NCBI GenBank assembly: GCA_040954595.2
Contig: CM082577.2
Coordinates: 15,755,903 to 15,819,902, forward strand
Length of the DNA stretch: 64,000 nt
Reading direction: 5' to 3'
Origin: Balanoglossus misakiensis
Taxonomy: Eukaryota > Animalia > Hemichordata
Part shown: one piece after another, positions 25,314 through 36,184 of the stretch
How positions within the stretch are numbered: position 1 is the stretch's first letter
Layout: each line of letters starts with the position of its first letter
Position numbers and translations under genes: made by a program
Notes under the pieces: generated by a model
Seen by the model: the letters and a program-made list of their open reading frames with translations, nothing else
The model's database searches: none
What the model was told of the DNA's origin: nothing

Positions 25314-25798
25314 GATGCTGCAGACGGCACGGGCTCATGACGTCATCCTCAGGGAGGTACAAGAGAGATTTGACAGAGCATTGGTGGAACTTCGTCTCTA
25401 TGCCGAGAGAGAAGAATGCATCTTCGTCCGAGAAGAGGCCCTGGCCCGGTTCCAGCTGGTGGTGGACACAGCTCTAGAAATCCAACACCCGGAGTACCCC
25501 CAAATACATATCTATGCTGAGAGCTCTACTCAAAGAGCGACAATCTCCAGCGATTGCAAACATGGTACTGGCGTTAGTGGGCTCGAAGGAACATGCCGAT
25601 GAGGTGGAAAAGATCGCGAAAGTCAAGAAAGCAAGTGGAACGAAGGACTCGAATGAGGGAAAGACAGGAAAGATGAGAAGCGGGAGATGTTGGAGATGTG
25701 GACGATTGGGACATTTTGATCAAAACTGCTTTAGCCGTGATGATTATGATAGAGACTCTAGAAGGGACAGAAGAAAAAAGTATACAGTGTCACGGTAG
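25314..25798 (+). pseudogene. Gag-like exon with CCHC zinc knuckle (YR-retrotransposon), frameshifted
   Basis: CWRCGRLGHFDQNC knuckle; acceptor CGCCAG upstream, AATAAA downstream; weakly similar to 27620-28029 and 33859-34272. Confidence 0.6.
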
Positions 25799-26352
25799 AT
25801 CTCTTGACAGAGCTCATAATGGCTGTTAAATAATAAAGTTCATGTTGAATGGCGTGCTGTATACGACGAATCTTTTTGTTGGTTTTTGTTTGTTTGTGAA
25901 TTTACGGGAGGACATTTTACGTAGCCCTTTTGTTTCTGTTAAAACACTGCAGAGATTCATAGGGAAGTGTGTTTCGTTGTCGGTGGCTGTTCCGTCGGCA
26001 AAATTGTATATTCAACAGATGGCAGCTTCTTTGTCTAAGGTTGAGAAAGAGGGAGGTATTATATTTCTTCACCCAGAGTTACGGGATGAAATATTAAGCT
26101 GGAGGAGGTTGGAAGCAGGGAATATATATAGTCAATGGAAAGACGAGAAACACGTCAACACAAGGATCGCAAGTGATGCTTCTCAGTATGCTTGGGGCGG
26201 TATCTGTATGTCTGGAGAAAGGAGAGGGGAGATAAGAGATTACTGGGGTACGAATATGCAGGGAAAACCGATAGCGTATAAGGAGAGTAAGGCGCTTGAG
26301 AAAACATTACTGTTATTCAAAGCCGCATCACGTAGTGAAAGTAATCCGCCAT

Positions 26353-26410
26353 ATGCAAATTTATAAGGTATAAATAGAAAAGGTGTCATCCGGACTATCT
26401 CTCCTCATTG
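26353..26410 (+). promoter_or_regulatory. Pol II promoter in repeat A (octamer, TATA box, Inr-like); duplicated at 32343-32400
   Basis: ATGCAAAT 26353-26360, TATAAATA 26369-26376, pyrimidine-rich CTATCTCTCCTCATTG downstream, ATG at 26433. Confidence 0.55.
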
Positions 26411-26432
26411 CACACGGGACCAGCGACACAGC

Positions 26433-26648
26433 ATGGCATCGTCTCAACCAGTTGCTAGCGCCAGCCAAGCCTTTGTTGCTGCACACGGAGGCCCGTCTAG
26501 GGCGACTGCTGCTTCTCAACCACCCGAGAATGCTAAGAATTCCCGTGCCCGTACTGCTTTGCAAACACCACTGGGAGCCAATGACTCACAACCACGATCA
26601 CAAACGCCTAGACCCCAGATAGGGCCACAGGAGAGCCAACCTTCACAG
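26433..26648 (+). CDS. Putative 72-codon leader exon (low-complexity Q/P/S/A) of the PAT-like element
   Basis: First ATG after the TATA box; ends in consensus phase-0 donor CAG|GTGAGC. Confidence 0.6.
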
Positions 26649-27619
26649 GTGAGCATATCGTATCGTAAAGCTGGTTTGTTAGACTGTTTGATATGTTGCT
26701 TGTGTGTATGTCGCCGTCATTTCATTACTAAATAATTGCGAACTATGCAAGGAATAGCACGAGTCAGTTTTCGTTCGGCACGCTACCACCTGTTGGTACG
26801 AGTCATTCACCCGGTCTCTCCATGGGGCGCTAGCATGCCGCGAGTTTGTGTGCGCACGTGTCTAGATGCTTTCAAGTTGGTATTTCTTCGCTGATACGTT
26901 TTCCGCTTCCTTTCCCCCCTGTTTTTCAATTCTGTCACTTGGCTGGTTTGTTCATGTTCACTGCTCTTTTGCTTGCGCACGTGCAGTATTCATGTTGGCC
27001 AGCTGTCTGTGGTTTCCATGTGATACTGCAGTCTCATTTCTCTCCCTTTTGTCTTCTTTTGTGTTCATTCTACGTCATACTTGTGTTTACTTTCTCTTTC
27101 TGTACCCTCTTTTCACCGTCCTGTTATCTTTCTTTTACTTGAAGTCGCTAAGTCTGGCCAGGTAGTTAACTCGATGAGGAGTTACTGCGAGGGTGCCATC
27201 AGTGTTTTAGCCCGTAGGGGAATACAAGCCCTTGGTGATCGAGTTCTAGTAACATACAGATGGATGGTATTGTATGTGGGGAATACAGCAATAACAGATG
27301 AGAAGTTTCTGTGGGAATAACGTACAGACCTCAAGAGTGGTACTTGAGGACGTTATAGTAAGGCTAGTGCATACATTGTGGAGAAGTGGCATAAATGATT
27401 AAAATAACAAAAAACAAACAAAAAAAACCCAAAAAAAACGTATATGATAGTGATGCCAGTGGCGGGCATAGTGGGGTGCTGTGATTATGCCAAAGGAATG
27501 TGCGAGTATGCAGATGTAGAGTATACGACCATCTCGCTATCTTGTTGCGATAGTAGGTAATGTTGTCTAGTATAATATTGAAATGATGACGGCTGATATT
27601 TCTTGGTTGAATTTATAGG

Positions 27620-28029
27620 CTGACGAGATGAAGAATTTGAAGACTCAAATTCAGAAGCTTCAAGATATGGCGGAACTGCATCCGTTGAGGACGCCCTGTC
27701 GAAAGTCATGGAATTGGCGCACACACCATTGTTGGCCTCCAGGGTTCAACTTGTCAGCGCATTGAGGGCACTGGTCGACAGAGCGACGGTTGCAGCTCAT
27801 CCAAAACTGCCTAGGTTTCGGGCGGTATTAGCAGGAAGCCGGCAGGTTGTTGATTCTTCTCCTGGGAAACAAGGAAGAGGAGGAAATAGCGTCCAAGGTG
27901 TCAAAATTTATGCGCCATTCTTCAAGTTCGGAATGTGCGAGAAAATAGATATAAACCGTATACGAGAAGAAAAATAAATATGGATACCAATTAGGCCACA
28001 TGGCCAGAGATTGTCCTCAGAAAAAGTAG
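27620..28029 (+). pseudogene. Gag-like exon (degenerate CCHC, internal deletions) inside the PAT-like element
   Basis: SVEDALSKVMELA..SRVQLVSALRALVDRAT.AAHPKLPRFRAVLA..LLILLLGNKEEEEIASKV..GHMARDCP; close paralog of 33859-34272. Confidence 0.65.
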
Positions 28030-28457
28030 TTCAATTTTCCCAATTTTTTTCTCGAACTTTGACACGGACTGGATATCGACCTATGTTTTGTTGTGAGTTG
28101 TTGTTATAAATAAGACATATTAAATATAACTATGCAAAATATATATATACCTGTGCGTATAATGTATGTGCATGTACGACATGACTCGAGAGAACGAATG
28201 CATTTTTTTGTAAATTATAGGGAGGCCTCATTTTCGGGGGAGGGGGGGGGGGGTCACGGTATTTTCAGTATTTCAATATGTCTATTTCAAAGTCTTGGTT
28301 GCCTCCCATGTAAAGTAATACCTCCTCCTCATCCCCTTCTACAGGGAGGGTCCATAGCACCCTCGTGTACTTACCTGCACACCTCGCATTTCGAGGTCCT
28401 GTCTAGGGGCGCCCTCACAGGTATTTTGTTTTCATGTTTTGGCCTTGATCTGTTCTG

Positions 28458-30638
28458 TTGCAGAATACAAATGTACCATATCCATGGGAAAAGTTTATGG
28501 TGGAAAAAATTCCGACGCCTAGAACTACCTACTCTTGGGTAACTTTTGAGGGCGCCCCTCGACAGGGCCTGGAGTGTAACCCCACCATCGGGGATGTAAC
28601 GATGGGAAAAATGAAAGCTTCCCCACTGACATTAGCTTTTCGCTGCCCCGATGAATTCATCGCAGGAGAATTACATCGACACAGATGTAACTGGAAAACT
28701 ATTATGTCTACTGGTAGTCATGATCCTGTCATGGAATGGATCACTAATGGAGTCGGAGTCTCGGAGTATTTTCAACATTATAAAGGTCCATTTAAAGGAA
28801 AACTGTATGATAGTTCCACCCCACCAGCTCGTATCTTTGCCAATAATCCTGCCTGTGTAAATTTTGTTGAGGTCATTTCTCAGTCAATCTCCTCTAGAAT
28901 CCAAACTGGTGCTATTTCAGCTGTTGGGCAGGTCGGCATAGACCCCCCACCTTTTATTGTCATGCCTATTACTGTAGAACCAAAAAAACCTAGGATGTGT
29001 ATTGATATGAGATATCTTAATCTATGGATCAGAGACATCCCATTTAAGTTAGACATGCTGATTGAAGTCTCGCGATATCTTGAACAACATGATTATCACG
29101 TCAAGTGTGACGACAAAAGTGGCTATGACCACCTTCTTATTAAGGAAGTAGATCGCAAATATGTTGGTTTTCAATGGGCAGGGCAATGGTATCTTAATAA
29201 CACGCCACCGTTTGGCTGGAAGCTATCTGCTTATATCTACCATACTGTCGGTTACGCTATCACGAGTCACGCGCGTATCCTAGGTGTCCCCTGCCTACAG
29301 TACATCGACGATAGACACGGGGGACCACTGAGACCGGCCTATAATAGCGACACGCACAGTGATTGGTCGAATTTCGATCTCGCCGAGGCGGCAGCATACA
29401 TCCTATTTAAGTTATGTATAGACACTGGCTACTTCATAGCACTAAAAAAGAGTGTACTTAGACCGCAGAAAGTCTTGGTTCTCTTAGGTATGATAGTAGA
29501 TTCCGAGAGTAAAGCTTTCATCATTCCCCCGCAAAAAAAGCTCCGCTTCTTAGAGTTAGTAGAATACGCCATTGGTGAGAGTGTGATACTAACTCCTTTG
29601 TTGCAAAAAATCATGGGGAAGTGTATTTCGTTCAGTCTGGCAATTCCATGCGCTCGGATCTTTATCAGGCAAATGGCCTTTGCTCTATCGAAAGCGCAAA
29701 AATCCGCTAAGAACACTATCAACATTCGTATCGGTACCCCACTCAGAAAAGAACTAGACGAGTGGCGCAATTTGATTAAATGTGTAAGTCCATTTCCCTG
29801 GCGTGACAAGAAACACGCAATAATTACGGCATACACAGACGCGAGCTCTTACAAGTGGGGAGCGATTCTACAAACTAGCCCGGTTCAGTCGACGTCAATA
29901 GGAGATAGTTGGGAATTAGAATGGAGGAATAGACCAATAGTGGAAAAAGAAGCAGAAGCCCTTGTTAGAGCGCTAGTAGCATTCGGCCAGCAACTGAAAA
30001 ATGCACGATTGAACGTTTGTTCAGACTCCGCTACCCTCATGTATGCGTGGAATTCTGGTTACCCGGGCTCCAAATCTCAACAACTAAATCAGATACTGAA
30101 AGAGATTTTTTACCTGTGCTTAGAACACAATATATCTCTCGATATAAAACATGTCAGCTCGAAAGACAATTTGGCGGATCGCCCATCGCGGCAATTAAGT
30201 ATGTCTGATGCGACATTATCGGATGAAATGTGGGAGAAAATAGAGAAAGAGTATGGCCCACATTCCGTCGACGGCATGGCTAATTCATCGAACACAAAAC
30301 TCGGAAAGTTTGTGGCGCCTTTCCCGCAGAAATCGAGTATCGGTACGGACTTCTTCCATCATAATTTCCATAGTGAAGACCGGGTATACATATATCCACC
30401 ATTCATCTTGACACATGCAGTCATTCGACATGTTGTTAACGAGCAGCTAAGTGCGACAATTATTATTCCAAAACAAAAACAGTACCCCTCATATTGCCCG
30501 ATGCTCACACAAATGGCGTGTAAGGTAATAAAGCTAGCCATCGAAGGCGAATTTGGGGTTATTCTTGCGCCCTCTCGCAACGGCTTCAGTCCATGCCCAA
30601 CTCCATGTGACCTGTACATAGCAAGTTTCAGATTCTAG
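28458..30638 (+). CDS. Reverse transcriptase - RNase H - DNA N6-adenine methyltransferase-like polyprotein
   Basis: KPRMCIDMRYLN, DDKSGYDH, PFGWKLS, YIDD; RH YTDAS..EKEA..SDS..NLADRPSR; MT-like DGMA..N.KL..F..YIYPPF. 726 codons with no stop. Confidence 0.92.
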   Translation: MQNTNVPYPWEKFMVEKIPTPRTTYSWVTFEGAPRQGLECNPTIGDVTMGKMKASPLTLAFRCPDEFIAGELHRHRCNWKTIMSTGSHDPVMEWITNGVGVSEYFQHYKGPFKGKLYDSSTPPARIFANNPACVNFVEVISQSISSRIQTGAISAVGQVGIDPPPFIVMPITVEPKKPRMCIDMRYLNLWIRDIPFKLDMLIEVSRYLEQHDYHVKCDDKSGYDHLLIKEVDRKYVGFQWAGQWYLNNTPPFGWKLSAYIYHTVGYAITSHARILGVPCLQYIDDRHGGPLRPAYNSDTHSDWSNFDLAEAAAYILFKLCIDTGYFIALKKSVLRPQKVLVLLGMIVDSESKAFIIPPQKKLRFLELVEYAIGESVILTPLLQKIMGKCISFSLAIPCARIFIRQMAFALSKAQKSAKNTINIRIGTPLRKELDEWRNLIKCVSPFPWRDKKHAIITAYTDASSYKWGAILQTSPVQSTSIGDSWELEWRNRPIVEKEAEALVRALVAFGQQLKNARLNVCSDSATLMYAWNSGYPGSKSQQLNQILKEIFYLCLEHNISLDIKHVSSKDNLADRPSRQLSMSDATLSDEMWEKIEKEYGPHSVDGMANSSNTKLGKFVAPFPQKSSIGTDFFHHNFHSEDRVYIYPPFILTHAVIRHVVNEQLSATIIIPKQKQYPSYCPMLTQMACKVIKLAIEGEFGVILAPSRNGFSPCPTPCDLYIASFRF

Positions 30639-30712
30639 TCGGCACATTTTACAATAATTGAGCCACCACATATAGTTATGTCTGCCTCAATCTTATTTTT
30701 TCTTCCCCCCAG

Positions 30713-31990
30713 CAGATCTGCTGGATGTGTGGGGCGAACAATACAGACCTTGAAAACTGCAAAGTCTGCAAAACCAAGACGCCACAGTTTCTTTGCCAAA
30801 CAACTGACACTTGTGATAGTAGTAATACTGATCCCGACGTCGAAGCTATAGACCAGCGATTGAAAGAAGTGTTAGGTACTCGTTCCACTCATGAAATACA
30901 AAAAGACTTTGTACAGCAATTTGAACTTTTTTTGTTAACCTTTACTGAACCGAAAACGGTTTTGACTGCCTCCCCCCATGACGTTTTGCGATTTCTAGTC
31001 TATAAAGATAAGGATGCCAAGTCACAAGTACATATAGTGACCTGCCCATACTTAGGGCGTACGGGTATGCAGCAGTGCTCCTGCCCCAAAAGGTTGCGTG
31101 TTAACACCATAAAAAACATGGTTTCAAAATTAAAAACATTTTACCAGGCCCTAGCAAGTGGCGTTGACAAACGTACACCCAATCCAGCCGATTCATACAT
31201 AATTGATAGATACGTAAAGAAAATGGCCGAAGAGCAAGCCAAAGCCCTGGTCTCGCCAAAGCAAGCTACGCCTTTATTTATTAATAAGATGAGACTTGTA
31301 TTTGAACATATACTTCAAAAGATAATGCTTGCAAAATCGCCCACACAGTTATATATATTAGCCAGAGACATGGCCGTTTTCAAGATGTTGTCTTTTTCTG
31401 GAGACAGGGCACACGACCTAGGCCACGTGAAAACCCAAGAAATTTTGAGATTTCCTGACGATTCTGGTTTACTCTTTAATCATACATTTGGAAAGACGCT
31501 AAGAGGCGACTCCACAAATTTATTTGCTATTAAAAGATGTTCCGACTTAGTCATGTGCCCTGTCAATTCGTTGGAAGCGTATATCGCTTTAGCCAGCAGC
31601 CTGGGCATTAATATTCTCACTGGTTATCTCTTCCGGCCAACCGCCCCACAAGGAACAATAGAAATGAAACCAATGTCTTCCCAATTAATATATCATAGAC
31701 TGAAATCATATTTACAGGAGGTTGGCATTAATGCAGGAGAAACACCGCATGGCTGTCGAAGCGCATGCGCCATCTCACTTGCCATGACGGGTACAGACAT
31801 ATACGCCCTCATGGAGCATGTTGGCTGGAAGGCGGAAGAGACAGCTAGGTACTACATGAAGCTTTCAAAAGTTACACAACTCGGCGCACCAGCAGACAAA
31901 CTCGTAAATTTAGTAGAAACATCAGGCAGTATTACGGACACATATAAGCATATGGATGAACTTGTCGGTTTCCACAAGGCTTTCGAGTAA
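30713..31990 (+). CDS. Tyrosine recombinase with N-terminal CxxC..CxxC zinc ribbon
   Basis: GDRAHDL (R), FGKTLRG (K), HGCRS (HxxR), HVGW, TARYY (Y); CWMC...CKVC just after a CAGCAG acceptor (first ATG 30725). Confidence 0.9.
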   Translation, partial: QICWMCGANNTDLENCKVCKTKTPQFLCQTTDTCDSSNTDPDVEAIDQRLKEVLGTRSTHEIQKDFVQQFELFLLTFTEPKTVLTASPHDVLRFLVYKDKDAKSQVHIVTCPYLGRTGMQQCSCPKRLRVNTIKNMVSKLKTFYQALASGVDKRTPNPADSYIIDRYVKKMAEEQAKALVSPKQATPLFINKMRLVFEHILQKIMLAKSPTQLYILARDMAVFKMLSFSGDRAHDLGHVKTQEILRFPDDSGLLFNHTFGKTLRGDSTNLFAIKRCSDLVMCPVNSLEAYIALASSLGINILTGYLFRPTAPQGTIEMKPMSSQLIYHRLKSYLQEVGINAGETPHGCRSACAISLAMTGTDIYALMEHVGWKAEETARYYMKLSKVTQLGAPADKLVNLVETSGSITDTYKHMDELVGFHKAFE

Positions 31991-33043
31991 AGGGCCTATC
32001 GTATAATCTATACAGAGGATGTTACTAATGAATATACAGATATTAGTTAGGTTGGTAAAGCTAAGTGTGTACTCCATATCATATTGATGAATAATAAACA
32101 TCTTGAAACATGCGTATCGGATCTCGCTGTTTTTCTTCCCGGTACGTTGTTAATGATTGGGATTGGGATTCTTTTAAGGTATGGGTATTAACGGGAGCAG
32201 AATAATATGATGCGTAGAGCATCAGGGAGCTAACCAGAATTTCGACCCAATCATAACAATGGCTATATCCCTGATCGAAGTTATAAGGCTTTAAATATAT
32301 AGTTATTGAAAGCCGCATCACGTAGTGAAAGTAATCCGCCATATGCAAATTTATAAGGTATAAATAGAAAAGGTGTCATCCGGACTATCTCTCCTCATTG
32401 CAAACGGGGAGAAGGCGACACAGAAGTAGGCTAAGGCCCGATGGTGTAGAGGAGATACGGAGAAGGTCGGCGGTCTCCCGCCCACCCACCCCATGTATAT
32501 ATTGCTTCGCCACGGATAAGCCTACCAGAATTTCGACCCAATCCTAACAATGGCTATATCCCTGATCGAAGTTATAAGGCTTTAAATATATAGTCATTTG
32601 AAAGTGTGGTCCGCAATACCCGGGTTATTGCTTACACTGATAACACAACGCTATTACATTGTTGGCAGAATTTGAGAAGTAGAAACAAGGATATGACTAA
32701 CGCCTTGAAGTCTATGTATGAGGTAGTAGATGATTTGGATATCATCTTAGAAATGTGGTATATTCCGTCTAGTGCCAATCCAGCTGATTTCCCATCAAGA
32801 AAACTTACCTCTCAGGATGCACGGCTAATCTCGAGCTATTGGCAGAAGATTGACAGGGAATTTGGCGGGAAAGATGGCCACTCTGTGGATTTAATGGCCC
32901 TAGATTCCAATACTGAGCAGGGTAGAGATGGGAATCCGTTGCGACATTTTACGCCTTGGGAAACGCGCGATACTTCGGGGGTAGATGTGTTTGCACAGGA
33001 TTTGGCCAAAGAGTGTGATAACGTCCGCTGGGTCACACAGTGA

Positions 33044-34272
33044 ATGAGTGCACGTTTCGTATTAAATGTTCCATCTGTGGGGGGGGGGGGGGCGCACGTT
33101 TTCAGGAACTGTTCGTTATCGTTTGCTAGCGAGGTTCCTCTTACTAAGTCTTGGTTGCCGACCGAGGCTGTTGTGTCCCCCAGCGAGGACGTGGTTAGAC
33201 CCATTATTGACGAAATTGTAGCGGAGGCTGTTGATTTGGCTTTTGAACCCTACGGGCAGACGTCTTCGGAAAACGTTTCTGTTGGTGAAGACTCGGCTTC
33301 TGGTGGTGTGGATGGTGAGTGTTCTGTTTTTTCGGATGAAATTACGCCTGGTCAGGGTCAGGGTGACCAGGTACAGGCTTCAGTTAGTGTAGAAAATATT
33401 GCGATGGAGGTCGATGAAAGTCAGCAACAGAATCCGGATTTTTTCAGTCCAAGGTCGTCCTTTTCGTCTTCTTCGGAAATGATTTCTACTTATTCTGTTA
33501 AGCGTTCAGCGGTTTTGTCCATGCGGGTGCAGGAGATTCATACATATGCGATTTCAGCTGTTACGTGTGTTTTCCAGGCAGGGGTTTGCATGAGAATGTA
33601 TACACCATGACATGTGTTAATAATTGATGTCTATGAGGGACACTATCGCCTGTTCGCTTCGGTTTCTGCTTTTCGTCTGCGCGACCTGTGTTCATATGCG
33701 AATACGGGTATTGCATATGAATGCCGGCGAGTTGGTGGGTGAGGAGTCGTGGTGGGCAGGTGATTGTGTAAGCGACGCTTTTACACGAAAATATATAAAA
33801 CTGTTTGACTATACTAGAGGTAGTAATATATGTTTCATTGCATTAAAAGAAATTTGACATGCTCGAGAAGTCGGCTGGCAATGCGTCCGTTGAAGAGGCT
33901 TTGCAAAAAGTGATGGAAGTGGCCAACACCGCATCCTGGAATTCGAGACCACAGCTGCTCAATGCTCTTAGAATATTGGTGGACAGAGCAACTAACACGG
34001 CGCACCCCAAGTTGTCAAGATATAGGGCAGTCTTGGCCCAATTTGAGACAAACGATTTCGGGGACAGAGCAGGACATTTAATATTTTTGCTACTCGGTAA
34101 CAAAGAAGAGGAAGAGATTGCGGCAAAGGTCACAAAATTTTTCGATCAGAAACCAAATTCTTCCTGATACAGTCCGTATTACAATAAACGCACCAAGCGT
34201 ACCGGGACGTTAAATGTTATGCATGCCAGAAAATGGGCCACTTTGCTAAAAATTGCCCAGATAAGAAATAGT
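33044..34272 (+). pseudogene. 5' part of a further related YR element: acidic leader ORF (33044-33610) plus gag-like CCHC exon (33859-34272, frameshifted)
   Basis: SVEEALQKVMEVA..LVDRAT..HPKLSRYRAVLAQFE..LLLGNKEEEEIAAKV, then CYACQKMGHFAKNCP in another frame. Confidence 0.6.
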
Positions 34273-34766
34273 TTACGAATATAATACTTATAGCACGACA
34301 AAAGCTAAGCCTATGTATATATCAAAAGTATAAAAATGCATTAAAGATATATTATTTGCATACAAATATTATTGTGTTCCTGTTATGTTATGACACTGTA
34401 CTCTACCCTAGGAGATAGGTGCCGTTAATCAGAATTTTTGGTGAGGAAGGTTTGAGAAGTCCATTCTATGTAAAAAATGATGCTGATTCCAAAAAAGTCA
34501 GTCTTATTGATCCCACTCAAGACAAATTGCCATTTTGGCCATTTTTAACCAAAAATGGTCTTTTTTAGAAAACACTAAAAACACACTGTTTTCGTCACAT
34601 TCTGAGATCTGATGACATATGATATGCTTATTCTATGTAAAATTTGGTGAATATTACGAAAAAATGATTAAAATAGAGTCGGTCAGATTACCTGAACCAT
34701 ACAATTTTTTTTTATATATTTCTTCATGTGATTGTGAATTAACATGAAAATGCATTGTTTTTCAGA

Positions 34767-36052
34767 TACCCAAATGAGCATGAGCGGCTCAAGCCAACCA
34801 ACAATGGCATCAATCCAAAGTTTGCTGAAAAGTATGAATAGGAAAAAAGAAGAAAATGGGAAGAAAATAGACAGCTTAATAAAGGACCAAACTGAAACAA
34901 GAACAATAATTACATCACTACAATCAATCATCTACAAGCTAAACAGAAGAAACATAAATGAGTCCAAAATTATCAAGGGATCAGCGGAATATGTAAGTAA
35001 GGGGTGGACCAATTGATTTTCTTGAGGGGTGAATCTGGAAAATGTAAACTGATTTAGATTAGATTCCCAGGCAATGCCCTTGATAAAACTATCAAAACAC
35101 GCAGCATCGATACAGGCTTTTTCACTTTTATTGTTTGTTTTTTAATATTTAGCTGTAACTGTATACTGCACAGTCTGCACTGTAGTACATGTATTGACAT
35201 TAATCTACCATGTCCTTGGCATTGACCCTCCCACACTTTAAAATGGTCTATCCCTACACTGATATAATTTTATGTATTTCTACGTTTGTTGTTACTTCTA
35301 CTATGTTAAATATGCCACCAAACACCTGGAAATACACATATGTACCATGTGTAACATTCACACAGAAATTGCGATTTTGTGGGACTATGGTCAATGTTTC
35401 AAATTCAGAAATCTACAAGATCCACAGGTATAACAATATTCCAACTTGCATGATTTTTACTCTTTATTTATAAACAGAATGCCATAATCCCATCACTGGC
35501 CAAGATTTACATGACCACGCCATCACGGTCAGTTTCCAGACAAAAAATAATGGTAAGTTGTGGAGAAAAGGAATTGAATATCCTTTGAGTCAAATGTGCA
35601 TAATTGTACTACAATGCATATTTTTTACTTTAATGTGTATATGTTAGCTGCAAATTTGCATATACTTGTAGTAATAAAACCATATGGCAATTTACATTTC
35701 GCTAAATATATTTACTTTGTACAATATAGTACAGTATAACTATAATGTCTTTGTATATACACATATTTGGTTTCTGAAGTAATTGGCTATGGTCTTTATC
35801 TGAACATTTCGTGTTGACAGTTCTTATTTTTCACAAATATTTGTTTGTTAACAGAGCGTGCTGTGAAATATCATATAAAATAGTAAATGATAAAAGTTTT
35901 ATACCATTTAATTGTTTTACATTTAATTCTGATCACAGGATATGCTGAAGGAGGCGCTACCCGAACTTGTGGGCAATATGAGGATTTTGGCAAAATTAAT
36001 TTCCTTTTGCAAGATCAAACTGGGAGAGTGGCATCAGGAAGAAGCCAGAAAG
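34767..36052 (+). other. Probable exons of an unidentified spliced gene (34767-34991, ~35478-35552, ~35939-36052)
   Basis: Open, coding-like segments bounded by TTTCAG/ACAG acceptors and GTAAGT/GTAT donors; coiled-coil-like peptide; no family recognised. Confidence 0.35.
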
Positions 36053-36184
36053 GTATACATACACGCACACCACCAAGTCAGATATCTTAAAATTATATAC
36101 TATAAAAAATAATGTACCTGATAGTCAATCATGCACATATACGCACACTTTATTCTTCCACAGATTATAACAAAACTCCCCATA

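Larger units (their letters stand above)
26312..32594 (+). mobile_element. Structurally complete split-direct-repeat YR retrotransposon (PAT-like, DIRS order): A1-leader-gag-RT/RH/MT-YR-B1-A2-spacer-B2
   Basis: A1 26312-26418 matches A2 32302-32408; B1 32233-32303 matches B2 32524-32594. RT-RH-MT and YR ORFs are open. A GT dinucleotide is shared at both host junctions and at the B1-A2 junction. Confidence 0.9.
25900..33020 (+). pseudogene. Older DIRS/PAT-like pol fragment (RT end, RNase H, MT) split at 26313/32595 by the nested element
   Basis: LQRFIGKC..IASDASQYAWGG..KESKALEKTLL | SFESVVRNTRVIAYTDN..NPADFPSR..DLMALDSN..VDVFAQD; in frame once the insertion is removed. Confidence 0.85.

Noticed and set aside
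28421-28463. 43-nt GT-AG mini-intron before RT
   Set aside because: Very short for an animal intron, and no clear upstream coding exon supports it.
32255-32315. Hammerhead in repeat B (CTGATCGA...GAAA)
   Set aside because: Core is not CUGANGA and stems II/III cannot be formed convincingly.
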